From an uncultured Planctomycetia bacterium (GTDB taxonomy: Bacteria > Omnitrophota > Gorgyraeia > Tantalellales > Tantalellaceae): DNA of 64,000 bases. The notes under the pieces were generated by a model. It saw only the letters and a program-made list of their open reading frames with translations, was not told where the DNA came from and ran no database searches. Both the position numbers and the translations under genes were made by a program. The stretch is from NCBI GenBank assembly GCA_964421015.1, contig CAYQUS010000002.1:145872-209871 (forward strand). The letters are read 5' to 3'. This document shows positions 1 to 9,666 of the stretch, in pieces. Positions within the stretch are counted from its first letter, which is position 1. The number at the start of each line of letters is the position of its first letter.

Positions 1-660
1 AGGAACAGGGACTGGTTCATACTCTCGAAAGGGCATGGTTGTCCGGCTCTCTACGCCATACTCGCGGACAAAGGGTTTTTCCCGGAGAAAGAGCTTATGA
101 CCTTGCGAAAAATGGGGAGCCGTTTGCAGGGGCATCCCCAGAGAGGTCTTCCGGGCGTAGAGATATCCAGCGGATCCCTGGGGCAGGGTCTTTCCGTGGC
201 AGTAGGTATAGCCATGGGAAACCGCATGGACAAGGTCGGGTCACGGGTTTACTGTATGATGGGCGACGGCGAGACCAACGAAGGGCAGATATGGGAAGCA
301 GCCATGACGGCGGCGCACTACAAGCTTAACGGTTTGTGCGGGATAATAGATTACAACAGGCTGCAGATAGACGGTTTTACATGCGAGGTCAAGCATCCGG
401 GCGAGATAAAGAAGAAATGGGAGGCCTTCGGCTGGTTCGTGATAGAGGTTGACGGGCACAGCATAGAAGAGCTGAAAAAAGCTTTTGATGAAGCGGCAAA
501 GATAAAGGACAGGCCGCAGGTCATAGTAGCGCATACAGTAAAGGGCAAGGGAGTTTCCTTCGTGGAGAACAAGGCGGAATGGCACGGGATAGCTCCTAAA
601 AAAGACGAACTTGAAAAAGGTCTTGCCGAACTGGCGGCCGCGGAAAAAAATATAGATTAG
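1..660 (+). CDS. transketolase, N-terminal (TPP-binding) subunit, 5' partial
   Basis: Frame 1 is open from base 1. Translation shows GDGE..NEG and HTVKGKG motifs typical of transketolase section 1. Ends TAG at 658-660. Confidence 0.8.
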   Translation, partial: RNRDWFILSKGHGCPALYAILADKGFFPEKELMTLRKMGSRLQGHPQRGLPGVEISSGSLGQGLSVAVGIAMGNRMDKVGSRVYCMMGDGETNEGQIWEAAMTAAHYKLNGLCGIIDYNRLQIDGFTCEVKHPGEIKKKWEAFGWFVIEVDGHSIEELKKAFDEAAKIKDRPQVIVAHTVKGKGVSFVENKAEWHGIAPKKDELEKGLAELAAAEKNID

Positions 661-680
661 GGCCTTTCTAAAAAGGGGAG

Positions 681-2324
681 ATGCAAATGTCCAGCACAAG
701 AAGAAGAATGATAATGTACCTCCAGGAATACAAGACGATCATCATCGTGGTCTTCGTCGTGATAATCCTCCTCATCCTTTCGGTCATAGGTCTTATGTCC
801 CTTGAGTCTTTTTACCGCAAGATGACACTGGCGACGATGCCGGTACAGTTCATAATGGCCGGTATTCATGCGGGGATATTCGTTTTCATGTACCTTACAT
901 TCATGCGAGGAGGATTCGCCAAGCTCGACAAGGCCCCAATAAAGGGAAGGGATGTTTCCATTACTTGGGACGATGTTATCGGAATGGACGACGCGAAAGA
1001 AGAAGCGAAAGAGGTAGTAAGGCTGATCACCGACAGAGCCGACGTCAAGAAAATGGGAGGAAGTGTCATAAAGGGCCTTCTTATGCTGGGGCCTCCGGGC
1101 TGCGGAAAAACATACATGGCCAAGGCCATAGCCACAGAGGCCAATATGCCCTTCATCTCCATGTCGGGAAGCGAATTCGTCGAGGTTTTTGTCGGGGTAG
1201 GAGCTTCTAGGGTAAGAAAACTTTTCAAAAAAGCCAGGTTTCTCGCGTATGGGTACGGCGGGTGCATAATATTCATCGACGAGATCGACGCCATAGGAAG
1301 ATCCAGGACTTTCAGTTTCATGGGGGGACAGGAGACCAACAGCACCCTTAATCAGGTGCTGGCGGAAATGGACGGTCTTAAGGGCAAAGAGGACAACATA
1401 GTTGTCATAGGAGCCAGCAACGCGCATGAACAGCATCTCGACCAGGCTCTTCTCCGGCCCGGCAGGTTCGACAGAAAGCTTATGGTCACGGCTCCGTCCC
1501 AGGAAGACAGGGAAAAACTTTTCAAGTTTTACCTCAGCAAGGTCAAGGCCAACCCCAGCCTGGACCTTGGCCGGCTCGCCAGAAGGGCCGTCGGAAAGAC
1601 CCCGGCGGACATAGCCAACATAGTGAAGGAAGCGGCTTTAATAGCCACAAGACATAAGAAGCCGATGATAGACCTCAAGGAGATAAGCGAAGCTTTTGAG
1701 CGAGTGGACCTGGGGATAAAATACAGACTGACGGTCACGCCGAAAGAGAAAGAAATGACCGCCTACCATGAGTCGGGGCATTTGATGATGACGTTCCTGA
1801 AGGCTCCGTCAAAAACGGTATTCAAGGCCAGCATAATACCCAGAAGAGGCAGCCTCGGAGTGGTGTGGAACCCCGAGAGGGAGGAAATACACTCTAAGAC
1901 CAGAGAGCATCTTCTTTCCGAGATAATGATATGTCTTGGGTCCTATGTGGCCGAGAAGATAGCGTTCGGAACAACAACTACGGGAGTTTCGGGCCCGGAC
2001 ACTGAAGAAGCTCCAAGATCTGATTTCGGGCAGGCCATGGCTTACGCGTATAACATGGCCTGGAGATATGGAATGGGCGAATCCGGGCTTTTGGGTAACT
2101 ATACCATAGTGCCAAAGGAACAGTTGTCGGAAGAATACCGGGTGAAGCTGAACAAAGACACCGAGGCAATAATAAACAGGTGTCTCCGGGAAACCGAGAC
2201 GACCTTAAATGACAATAAGCAAATTCTCGAAAGGTTCGCCAAGGAACTCCTGAAAAGAGAAGAGCTTGAGTACGACGAGATAATCGCGATATTCAAAGAG
2301 TACGGGATAGAGGAAGCGGCATAA
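681..2324 (+). CDS. FtsH-family AAA+ zinc metalloprotease (short form, no periplasmic domain)
   Basis: Two N-terminal TM segments; Walker A GPPGCGKT; Walker B IIFIDEIDA; SRH LLRPGRFDR; HESGH zinc motif. 547 aa. Confidence 0.8.
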   Translation: MQMSSTRRRMIMYLQEYKTIIIVVFVVIILLILSVIGLMSLESFYRKMTLATMPVQFIMAGIHAGIFVFMYLTFMRGGFAKLDKAPIKGRDVSITWDDVIGMDDAKEEAKEVVRLITDRADVKKMGGSVIKGLLMLGPPGCGKTYMAKAIATEANMPFISMSGSEFVEVFVGVGASRVRKLFKKARFLAYGYGGCIIFIDEIDAIGRSRTFSFMGGQETNSTLNQVLAEMDGLKGKEDNIVVIGASNAHEQHLDQALLRPGRFDRKLMVTAPSQEDREKLFKFYLSKVKANPSLDLGRLARRAVGKTPADIANIVKEAALIATRHKKPMIDLKEISEAFERVDLGIKYRLTVTPKEKEMTAYHESGHLMMTFLKAPSKTVFKASIIPRRGSLGVVWNPEREEIHSKTREHLLSEIMICLGSYVAEKIAFGTTTTGVSGPDTEEAPRSDFGQAMAYAYNMAWRYGMGESGLLGNYTIVPKEQLSEEYRVKLNKDTEAIINRCLRETETTLNDNKQILERFAKELLKREELEYDEIIAIFKEYGIEEAA

Positions 2325-2369
2325 GGCCCTCCTCGTGCGGCAGTTTACATTAGAACAGAAACGGCGTTT

Positions 2370-3380
2370 ATGAAAATACAAAGACAAATAACAGCCGCCG
2401 CGCTGACGTTAGCGGCGGCAGCTTATATTTTTTCCGCCGCGTCCTGCGCTCCGACTTACCCCAAGGAAAGTCTCCCGGAAGCCGTTAAAACCGTGTGCAA
2501 AGCCGAATATGGGATGGAAGTGGACGTAGTGGTCGAAGGGTCCACAATGGGTATATTCCATCCCATGGAAGGGCTTCTGGACACCAATATGGGAATAAGC
2601 AAGGATGCATGGGATAAGATAAGCAATCTGATACTGATAGCCTCGAGAGTGGTTTTGAGCACGGACGCGGATATAAAGTTCTATTGCGTCATAACGCAGG
2701 ACGCCAGGATGCCGGAGCTGCAGGTGGTTATCATAAAGTACGTGAACGACATCAAGCTGGGAATGTACCAGAACATTTCCCGGGGAGAAGCCTTTAAGCG
2801 AACGCTCTTCAGTATAAACCTTACCCCGCAGGCAAGAAAAGAAAGGTCGGTAGAGACCATTTTCAGCAGGATAGGCGTGGGTGACGAGGTAAAGGAAAAG
2901 GTTCTCGACGAGTTTTTCCGCAGCGCTCCTACCAAGCTCAGCGATATAGGGTACTGGAAAGGGCAGTTCTATCTCAAGGATGTAACTATGCCGGAATTTC
3001 TGGCGTCGCAGATAGCCAACAGGATAAAGATAGATTTCCGTTCCGAGAAACCTTTTATGAGCGACTACTCCTACAAGTCGGCCGAGGGGCTTTACGGTAC
3101 CGGCCTTGACGCGAAATATTTCCTGATAAATTTCAGAATAGACGAAGTCGGGTCCGATACCGGCGAACTTAAGACCCTGAAGATCAGGAAGCTCCTGGAA
3201 ATAACAAGCGAAGTGGTTTCCGGGTACAGATTCGAGGATTTCAATTTTGTCATAATGAACGATCAGGCGGAGGACGTAAGGCTTAGGGTTGAGAGAAAGG
3301 ACGTATACGGATACAACCCCAAAAGGACACCGCCGTACGATATTGTCCAGGCCCCAAAGGGATACTTCGGCGTTTATTGA
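2370..3380 (+). CDS. hypothetical lipoprotein
   Basis: Signal peptide with lipobox (..IFSAASC). No recognisable catalytic motif. Confidence 0.55.
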   Translation: MKIQRQITAAALTLAAAAYIFSAASCAPTYPKESLPEAVKTVCKAEYGMEVDVVVEGSTMGIFHPMEGLLDTNMGISKDAWDKISNLILIASRVVLSTDADIKFYCVITQDARMPELQVVIIKYVNDIKLGMYQNISRGEAFKRTLFSINLTPQARKERSVETIFSRIGVGDEVKEKVLDEFFRSAPTKLSDIGYWKGQFYLKDVTMPEFLASQIANRIKIDFRSEKPFMSDYSYKSAEGLYGTGLDAKYFLINFRIDEVGSDTGELKTLKIRKLLEITSEVVSGYRFEDFNFVIMNDQAEDVRLRVERKDVYGYNPKRTPPYDIVQAPKGYFGVY

Positions 3381-3415
3381 AAAATGAGGAATAGAAGCAT
3401 CTAAGGAGAAGTGTT

Positions 3416-4369
3416 ATGGGAATAGGTGATGTTAAAAAAGGCTCCACCAGGGACGGGTTCGGCAAGGCCCTTCTGGAATTGGGAGAGGAGAATAAGGACG
3501 TTGTCGTTCTGTCGGCTGACCTGACCGAGTCCGTCAGGGCACACTGGTTCAAGGAAAAATATCCGGAGAGGTTCGTAAGCCACGGGGTTTCGGAACAGGA
3601 CATGATAAGCGCGGCCGCGGGTATGGCCCTTACCGGGAAAATACCTTTCGCGTGTACCTTCGGGGCTTTCGCCTCCGGAAGAGCGTGGGACCAGGTCAGG
3701 GTTTCGGTAGCATATATGAACCTTAACGTCAATATCGCCGGCAGCCACGGAGGAATATCCGTAGGAGAAGACGGAGCCACACACCAGGCCATAGAGGAAA
3801 TAGCTCTTATGAGGATACTGCCCAATATGACAGTGGTTGTCCCGGCGGACATGAGAGAGGCTTTTGAGGCTACAAAAGAGGCCGTGAGAATACCCGGACC
3901 TGTGTACCTGAGGCTGGGGAGAGCCAATGCTCCCATTCTTGATGAAGTCGCTCCGTTCAAGATAGGAAAAGCCGACATAAAGAAAAAGGGATCGGATCTT
4001 ACCATAATAGCCTGCGGGCATCTTGTACATACGGCCCTTCTGGCCGCGGAGATCCTCTCGAAAAAGGGGATAAGCGCCGGAGTGATCAATCTGCATACGC
4101 CCAAGCCAATAGACAGACAGGCCATTATAGCCGCGGCAAGAGAGACCGGGGCCGTGCTAACCGTAGAGGAGCACACCATATACGGGGGCATGGGAAGCGC
4201 CGTAGCCGAGGTGTTGGTCCAGGAATGCCCCGTTCCGATGAGAATAATGGGAATAGCCGACAAATTCGGGGTAAGCGGGTCTCCTGCGGAGCTTTACGCG
4301 CATTTCTGCCTCACGGAGGATTGTGTGGTCAAGGAAGCGGAGAAACTGCTGACAAGAAAGAAAAAATAG
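3416..4369 (+). CDS. transketolase, C-terminal (pyrimidine-binding) subunit
   Basis: FVSHGVSEQDMISAAAGMALTG and downstream motifs typical of transketolase section 2. RBS GGAGAAG upstream. Confidence 0.85.
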   Translation: MGIGDVKKGSTRDGFGKALLELGEENKDVVVLSADLTESVRAHWFKEKYPERFVSHGVSEQDMISAAAGMALTGKIPFACTFGAFASGRAWDQVRVSVAYMNLNVNIAGSHGGISVGEDGATHQAIEEIALMRILPNMTVVVPADMREAFEATKEAVRIPGPVYLRLGRANAPILDEVAPFKIGKADIKKKGSDLTIIACGHLVHTALLAAEILSKKGISAGVINLHTPKPIDRQAIIAAARETGAVLTVEEHTIYGGMGSAVAEVLVQECPVPMRIMGIADKFGVSGSPAELYAHFCLTEDCVVKEAEKLLTRKKK

Positions 4370-4403
4370 ATAGAGGCATAACTTACAACAGGGTTTGAGC
4401 ATC

Positions 4404-5264
4404 ATGGAGATAACAGCGCCTGCCAAGATAAACCTGTTCCTCTCGGTATTCGGCAAAAGACAAGACGGATATCATGATATAGGAACACTTTTCGAAAGGA
4501 TATCCATATTCGACAGGGTTAAGGTCGATATCATCTCTTCTTCCACCAGCATAGAGGCCAGCGGAGCCGATATTCCCACCGACGAGACAAGCCTGCTGGG
4601 CAGGACCATAACTTCTTTCAGGGCGATCTCAGGCAAAAAGGAAAATTTCAGCGTACTTGTAGAAAAAAACATTCCCGTGGCAGCCGGAATGGGAGGGGGG
4701 TCGAGCGACGCCGCGGCTCTACTGAAAGGGCTTAACGCTCTTACCGGAAAACCCCTGTCTCCGGAGAAACTTGAGGGGATAGGGGCTCAGCTTGGAGCGG
4801 ACGTGCCGTTTTTTCTTAAAGATGTCTCTTTCGGCCTGGGTACCGAAAGAGGAGACGCGGTAAGGGAAGTAAAAACAGACCTGAAATTAAGCCATTTAAT
4901 AGTAAACCCGCCTCTTAAGGTGGAGACAAAATACGTGTATTCCGGCGTTTCCGGTTTCAACTTGACAAAGGATAAGGCATGGGCTACAATGTTGACCTTA
5001 TTTTTGGAAGAAAAGAACATAACCGGCTTGTCGGGGTATTTACGTAACGATTTACAACAAATAGTATTACGAGAATTCCCGCAGGTAGGCGAGGCTGTGT
5101 CGTTTTTAAAGCAACTGGGAGCGAAGGCCGCGCTTATGACAGGCAGCGGTCCCACTGTGTTCGGTGTCTTTGACGAAAAAGATATGGATCGCGCCGAAGA
5201 AAAGACCCGGAGCAGGTTCCCGATCGAGAAAGGGTGGCGGGTTTACGCGGCCAGAACATATTAG
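4404..5264 (+). CDS. ispE: 4-diphosphocytidyl-2-C-methyl-D-erythritol kinase
   Basis: N-terminus MEITAPAKINLFLSV.. and GHMP-kinase motif PVAAGMGGGSSDAAA. The ORF track begins at an upstream TTG; the ATG at 4404 is preferred. Confidence 0.85.
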   Translation: MEITAPAKINLFLSVFGKRQDGYHDIGTLFERISIFDRVKVDIISSSTSIEASGADIPTDETSLLGRTITSFRAISGKKENFSVLVEKNIPVAAGMGGGSSDAAALLKGLNALTGKPLSPEKLEGIGAQLGADVPFFLKDVSFGLGTERGDAVREVKTDLKLSHLIVNPPLKVETKYVYSGVSGFNLTKDKAWATMLTLFLEEKNITGLSGYLRNDLQQIVLREFPQVGEAVSFLKQLGAKAALMTGSGPTVFGVFDEKDMDRAEEKTRSRFPIEKGWRVYAARTY

Positions 5265-5311
5265 CGGCGGATGGTATCCGGGGAAGAAACAGAGAGAAAA
5301 GGAGTTTGAAG

Positions 5312-5854
5312 ATGAAGATCACGGAAGTCAGGATATTTCCGGCGGAAAGCAGGGACGGAAAACTGAAGGCGTTTGCCACGATGACATTCGATGATTGGTT
5401 CGTAGTAAGAAACGTCAAGATAATACAGGGTACCAGCGGTCTTTTCGTGGCCATGCCGTCAAGGAAGGTCATGGATACCTGCCCTAAATGCTCTTTTAAG
5501 AACGCCCGCGGAAGCAAATACTGCAATCAGTGCGGGAAAGAGCTTCCAAAAAAGACAGCTGTGCCCGAAGATGACAGCGACGAAAAACAGTCGGGGCATA
5601 TGGATATAGCTCATCCCGTGACCCCGGAATGCAGGATATACATACAGAAAGAGATACTCGAGACATACGAAAAAGAGCTCTCCGCGGGAAGGCTTCAGGG
5701 AGAGAATAAAGCGAAAGAGACGCCCCGGAAACAGGAAATCAAAAAAACCGCCAAACCGGCGGAAAAAAAGGCGGAAGAAAAGCCCGTCGAGAAGGAAGAA
5801 CCCCGGCCGAACATAAGTTTTGTCTCGGACAGGGAAAAAGACATAGAGCTTTAG
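5312..5854 (+). CDS. spoVG: SpoVG-family protein with C-terminal zinc-ribbon and K/E-rich extension
   Basis: MKITEVRIFP...KLKAFATMTFDDWFVVRNVKIIQGTSGLFVAMPSRK is the SpoVG core. It is followed by CPKC...CNQC and a lysine/glutamate-rich tail. RBS GGAG before the ATG at 5312. Confidence 0.75.
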   Translation: MKITEVRIFPAESRDGKLKAFATMTFDDWFVVRNVKIIQGTSGLFVAMPSRKVMDTCPKCSFKNARGSKYCNQCGKELPKKTAVPEDDSDEKQSGHMDIAHPVTPECRIYIQKEILETYEKELSAGRLQGENKAKETPRKQEIKKTAKPAEKKAEEKPVEKEEPRPNISFVSDREKDIEL

Positions 5855-5859
5855 ACGGT

Positions 5860-5933
5860 TGGCGGGTAGTGTAATGGTAGCACCGCAGCTTTTGGAGCTG
5901 CTTGTCAAGGTTCGAATCCTTGCCCGCCAGCCA
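5860..5933 (+). tRNA. tRNA-Gln (anticodon UUG)
   Basis: Cloverleaf: acceptor TGGCGGG/CCCGCCA with U1-A72, anticodon loop TTTTGGA, T-arm GGTTCGAATCC, CCA encoded. Confidence 0.75.
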
Positions 5934-6046
5934 GTTTTGCCGCAGGCAAAAAAGGCGAGCGGTGCGGATAAAGGTCGGGGAGAAATCCGGGCCGGACGGA
6001 CAGGCGAGATCAGGGGACAGCTTAAGAAATACAGCAAAGGTGAAAG

Positions 6047-7309
6047 ATGAAGAATGTTACGGCGGTAATACTTGCCGCGGGAATGGGCACAAGAATGAAG
6101 TCGGACGTACCTAAGGTCCTGCACAGGATCGGCTCTACGACCATGCTCGAGAGGATAATGTCCAACTTGCAGAGCTCGGGTATAGACGATATTCTGGCGG
6201 TCATAGGATACAAGGCCGAGATGATAGAGAGCCTTTTCATGGAACAGCTGCGCTTTGTAAGGCAGCCGGAACTTCTGGGAAGCGGAGACGCCCTGGCGCA
6301 TGCCGTGGATTTTATGACCGACAGGGAAAACACCGTTCTTGTTACATGCGGAGACACGCCTCTTATAACGGCCGAGACATACAAGAAAATGGTAAGGGCC
6401 CACTTTAAGGAAAAAGCCTCCTGCGTTCTTCTGACGGCCGAAGTGGAAAACCCCTCCTCGTACGGAAGAATAGTTAGGGACGCTCAAGGCAACGTAATGA
6501 GGATAGTCGAGGAAAAAGATCTTGAGGGCCCCGAGAAAAGAATAAAAGAGATAAATGTGGGGACTTACTGTTTCGTCAAGAGCGAGATAGTGAAGTACAT
6601 AAGGGAGATAGAGCTGAATGAAAAGAAAAAGGAGTTCTATCTTACGGATATAGTTGATATCCTGCGAAGGAAAGGAAAAAAAATAGTTTCGGTGAGCTGC
6701 GCGGAAGGCGAACATGTGGGTGTTAACAGCCGCAGGGACCTGGCAATGGTCAACTCGCTTATGTATCTTAGGAAAGCCGAGGAACTTATGGAAGAAGGGG
6801 TCACTATAGTGGATCCCGCGACCGCCTACATAGATTACTCGGCCTCTATAGGCAGAGACACTGTGATATTTCCGTGCACGGTGATAGAGGAAGACGTAAA
6901 AGTGGGCAAAGCTTGTAAAATAGGCCCTTTCGCCAGATTGAGGCCCGGGACCGTTCTTAAGGACAATACCGAGGCGGGAAATTTTGTGGAGATCTGCCGA
7001 ACACGGGTAGGAAAGAACACCAGGGTGAAACATCATACTTATCTCGGCGACGCCGTTGTCGGCGATAACGTGAACGTCGGAGCCGGCACCATAACAGCCA
7101 ATTACGACGGAAGGAATAAGAACAGGACCTCGATAGGGGACGGGGCTTTTTTGGGCGTGGGGTCTGTTCTGATAGCTCCCGTCAAGATAGGGGAGAAGGC
7201 TGTAGTGGGCGCGGGCAGTGTAGTGACAAGAAATAAGGACGTAGGCAAAGGAAAAACCGTAGCCGGTGTTCCGGCGAGGGAACTACCCAAAAAAAGGAAA
7301 AAGGCATGA
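6047..7309 (+). CDS. glmU: bifunctional UDP-GlcNAc pyrophosphorylase / GlcN-1-P acetyltransferase
   Basis: N-terminus AVILAAGMGTRMKS (nucleotidyltransferase) plus a C-terminal hexapeptide-repeat left-handed beta-helix. Confidence 0.9.
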   Translation: MKNVTAVILAAGMGTRMKSDVPKVLHRIGSTTMLERIMSNLQSSGIDDILAVIGYKAEMIESLFMEQLRFVRQPELLGSGDALAHAVDFMTDRENTVLVTCGDTPLITAETYKKMVRAHFKEKASCVLLTAEVENPSSYGRIVRDAQGNVMRIVEEKDLEGPEKRIKEINVGTYCFVKSEIVKYIREIELNEKKKEFYLTDIVDILRRKGKKIVSVSCAEGEHVGVNSRRDLAMVNSLMYLRKAEELMEEGVTIVDPATAYIDYSASIGRDTVIFPCTVIEEDVKVGKACKIGPFARLRPGTVLKDNTEAGNFVEICRTRVGKNTRVKHHTYLGDAVVGDNVNVGAGTITANYDGRNKNRTSIGDGAFLGVGSVLIAPVKIGEKAVVGAGSVVTRNKDVGKGKTVAGVPARELPKKRKKA

Positions 7310-8241
7310 ATTATCTCACTATCTTTTCCGGGAACGCCAATCCGGGGCTTACTGACGATATCTGCGCTGATCTGGGGATAGAAAAAGGTGAGTGCGAGGT
7401 ATCCCGGTTCAAGGACGGAGAGACAAAGGTGAAGATACCCCAGAACGTCAGGGGAAAAGATGTTTTTATAATCCAGCCGACATGCTGCCCCGCGAACGAG
7501 AACCTGATGGAGCTTCTCATAATGATAGACGCTGTCCAGAGGGCGTCGGCCAGGAGAATAACGGCCGTGCTTCCGTATTTCGGATACGCCAGGCAGGACA
7601 GAAAAGACCAGCCCAGAGTACCTATAACGGCAAAACTTGTGGCCAATCTTCTGGCCAGGGCCGGGGCTAACAGAGTTATAACCATAGATCTTCACGCCGG
7701 CCAGCTGCAGGGATTTTTCGATATACCGGTCGATCATCTTTATGCTGTAAGGGTGTTCCAGGAATATTTCAAGGATAAGGGGATAGATAATGTGACGGTG
7801 GTCTCGCCGGATGTCGGCGGCATTAAAATGGCCAGAGCCTACGCGAAGAGAATGAACGCCGGACTTGCCATAGTTGACAAAAGGCGCATTGACGACGAGA
7901 GCACCGAGGCGATGCACGTGATGGGAGACGTAAGCGGAAAGAACGTCATAATAGTGGACGATATAGTGGCGACCGCCGGGAGCCTGGCCGAGGCGGTATT
8001 GGCGCTTAAGAAAAAAGGGGCCAAAGACGTTTACGCGGCGATAACACATCCCGTTCTTTGCGGACCGGCCATAGAACGTCTTGCCATACCGGAGCTCAAA
8101 GAGCTTGTGGTCACCAACACGATACCGATACCAAAGGAGAAGAAGATACCCAAGATAAAACAGCTTTCAGTGGCTTCCTTATTAGGGGAAGCGATAAAGA
8201 GGATACATAACGAAGAGTCCATAAGCGCTCTTTTCGAGTGA
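7306..8241 (+). CDS. prs: ribose-phosphate pyrophosphokinase
   Basis: DLHAGQLQGFFDIPVDHLYA and PRPP-binding VIIVDDIVATAGS motifs. ATGA overlap with glmU. Confidence 0.9.
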   Translation: MNYLTIFSGNANPGLTDDICADLGIEKGECEVSRFKDGETKVKIPQNVRGKDVFIIQPTCCPANENLMELLIMIDAVQRASARRITAVLPYFGYARQDRKDQPRVPITAKLVANLLARAGANRVITIDLHAGQLQGFFDIPVDHLYAVRVFQEYFKDKGIDNVTVVSPDVGGIKMARAYAKRMNAGLAIVDKRRIDDESTEAMHVMGDVSGKNVIIVDDIVATAGSLAEAVLALKKKGAKDVYAAITHPVLCGPAIERLAIPELKELVVTNTIPIPKEKKIPKIKQLSVASLLGEAIKRIHNEESISALFE

Positions 8242-8294
8242 CGGCGTTTTGTTGTGAGCTCAGAGCGCAATAAAAAAGGAGAGGTGGAGAGAAA

Positions 8295-8969
8295 ATGGAG
8301 AAGATAAATCTTGAGGCGTTCGTAAGGCCGGAAACCGGCAAAAGCGCCGCCAAACATGTCCGCAAGGAGGATATGGTCCCGGCGGTGGTATACAAGAACG
8401 GAGAGAAAGGTATGAGCGTTAAGGTTGGGCGAAAAGACCTTCTCAAGGCCCTGCACACCGAGGCCGGGCTCAATGCCATAATAACTCTGGATATTTCCGA
8501 CGGGTCCAAGACGGATAGCAGGACAGTTATCGTCAAAGACACGCAGATAGACCCCCTTACCGATAAGCTGATACACGCGGATTTTCACGAAATATCGCTT
8601 AAGGAAAAGATAACGGTAAATGTTCCCGTAGCGGTAAAGGGTGAGGCCGTAGGTGTCACCGAGGAGAAAGGCGTTTTCACCCAGACCTTGTGGGAGCTTG
8701 AGATAGAGTGTTTACCCACGGAAATACCCGAAAAGATAGAGGTTAACGTGGAAGCGCTCCGTATAGGCGACGCCATCCATGTCAAGGAGCTGTCTGTTCC
8801 GGCGGGAATAACCCTGCTTGACGATCCTGACCAGGTAGTAGCTTCGGTCCATCATCAGGAGGTCGAGAAGGTCGAAGAACCTCTTGAGGAGGGAGCTGTC
8901 GAGCCCGAGGTCATAAAGAAGGGTAAAGAGGAGACCGGCGAAGAAGAGGAAGAAGCCCCCAAGGAGTAG
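8295..8969 (+). CDS. rplY: 50S ribosomal protein L25 / general stress protein Ctc
   Basis: N-terminus LEAFVRPETGKSAAKHVRKEDMVPAVVY with an acidic C-terminal tail. Confidence 0.85.
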   Translation: MEKINLEAFVRPETGKSAAKHVRKEDMVPAVVYKNGEKGMSVKVGRKDLLKALHTEAGLNAIITLDISDGSKTDSRTVIVKDTQIDPLTDKLIHADFHEISLKEKITVNVPVAVKGEAVGVTEEKGVFTQTLWELEIECLPTEIPEKIEVNVEALRIGDAIHVKELSVPAGITLLDDPDQVVASVHHQEVEKVEEPLEEGAVEPEVIKKGKEETGEEEEEAPKE

Positions 8970-9014
8970 AGGCTGCCCTCCGGTGGCAGACACGTAGAGA
9001 CGCCTCGCCATAAG

Positions 9015-9572
9015 ATGAAGATAATAGCAGGGCTGGGTAATCCCGGGTCGGGATACGAGAATACCAGGCACAACGCCGGGTTTATGGTGGTGGAAGCCGT
9101 AGCCCGGAAATACGGCATAGGGCTAAAGAAAAAAGCCTATGGGGGGCTTTACGGTTTTGGGAAGGTTTCCGGAAGAGAAACGATGCTCTTTGAACCGCAT
9201 ACTTTCATGAATTTGTCGGGAGAGGCTGTTAAAGCGGTATGCGCTTCTCACATGGAAGAAAAAGAGGACCTTCTTGTCGTAAGTGACGATGTGGCTTTGC
9301 CCCTGGGGGTCATAAGGCTCAGGGAAAAAGGGTCGAGCGGCGGGCACAACGGACTGGCATCCGTAATAGGTTGTATAGGCCAGGACTTTGCCAGGCTCAG
9401 AATAGGCGTCGGCTCAAAAGAGCCCGTCACCGATATGAAAGATTATGTGCTTGGGGCCTTCCGGAAAGAGGAAAGGCCTGTGCTTAAAGAAGTTATAGAA
9501 AAAGCTGTGCTGTGCGTGGAGCATTGGCTTGAGTTTGGCGCGAGCAAGGCCATGGCCGCCCATAACGGGTAA
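9015..9572 (+). CDS. pth: peptidyl-tRNA hydrolase
   Basis: MKIIAGLGNPGSGYENTRHNAGFMVV signature. Confidence 0.9.
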   Translation: MKIIAGLGNPGSGYENTRHNAGFMVVEAVARKYGIGLKKKAYGGLYGFGKVSGRETMLFEPHTFMNLSGEAVKAVCASHMEEKEDLLVVSDDVALPLGVIRLREKGSSGGHNGLASVIGCIGQDFARLRIGVGSKEPVTDMKDYVLGAFRKEERPVLKEVIEKAVLCVEHWLEFGASKAMAAHNG

Positions 9573-9666
9573 GATCTTCTGCGGATAGGCCGCGCCGGAA
9601 GCCGGTTAATTGTCTTGCGCCGCGATTTAATGTGTGTTATTATCTAACAACAATTTAAAGGAAACT

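Noticed and set aside
657-1436. 259-aa minus-strand ORF antisense to the FtsH-like gene
   Set aside because: It overlaps a well-supported AAA protease gene on the other strand. It has no motifs or RBS.
3283-4263. 326-aa and 231-aa minus-strand ORFs antisense to the transketolase C-terminal gene
   Set aside because: Antisense to a gene with clear transketolase motifs. The sequence is Ala/Ser/Thr-rich and low-complexity, as expected from reverse-reading a GC-skewed gene.
5459-7036. 525-aa minus-strand ORF
   Set aside because: It lies entirely antisense to glmU and spoVG and has odd composition with no recognisable motifs. The plus-strand genes have clear signatures and RBSs. It is an antisense artefact.
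9573-9666. Possible promoter or regulatory element between pth and rpsF
   Set aside because: Only weak -35/-10 candidates (TTGTCT ... TATTAT). No clear structure. Not reported as a feature.
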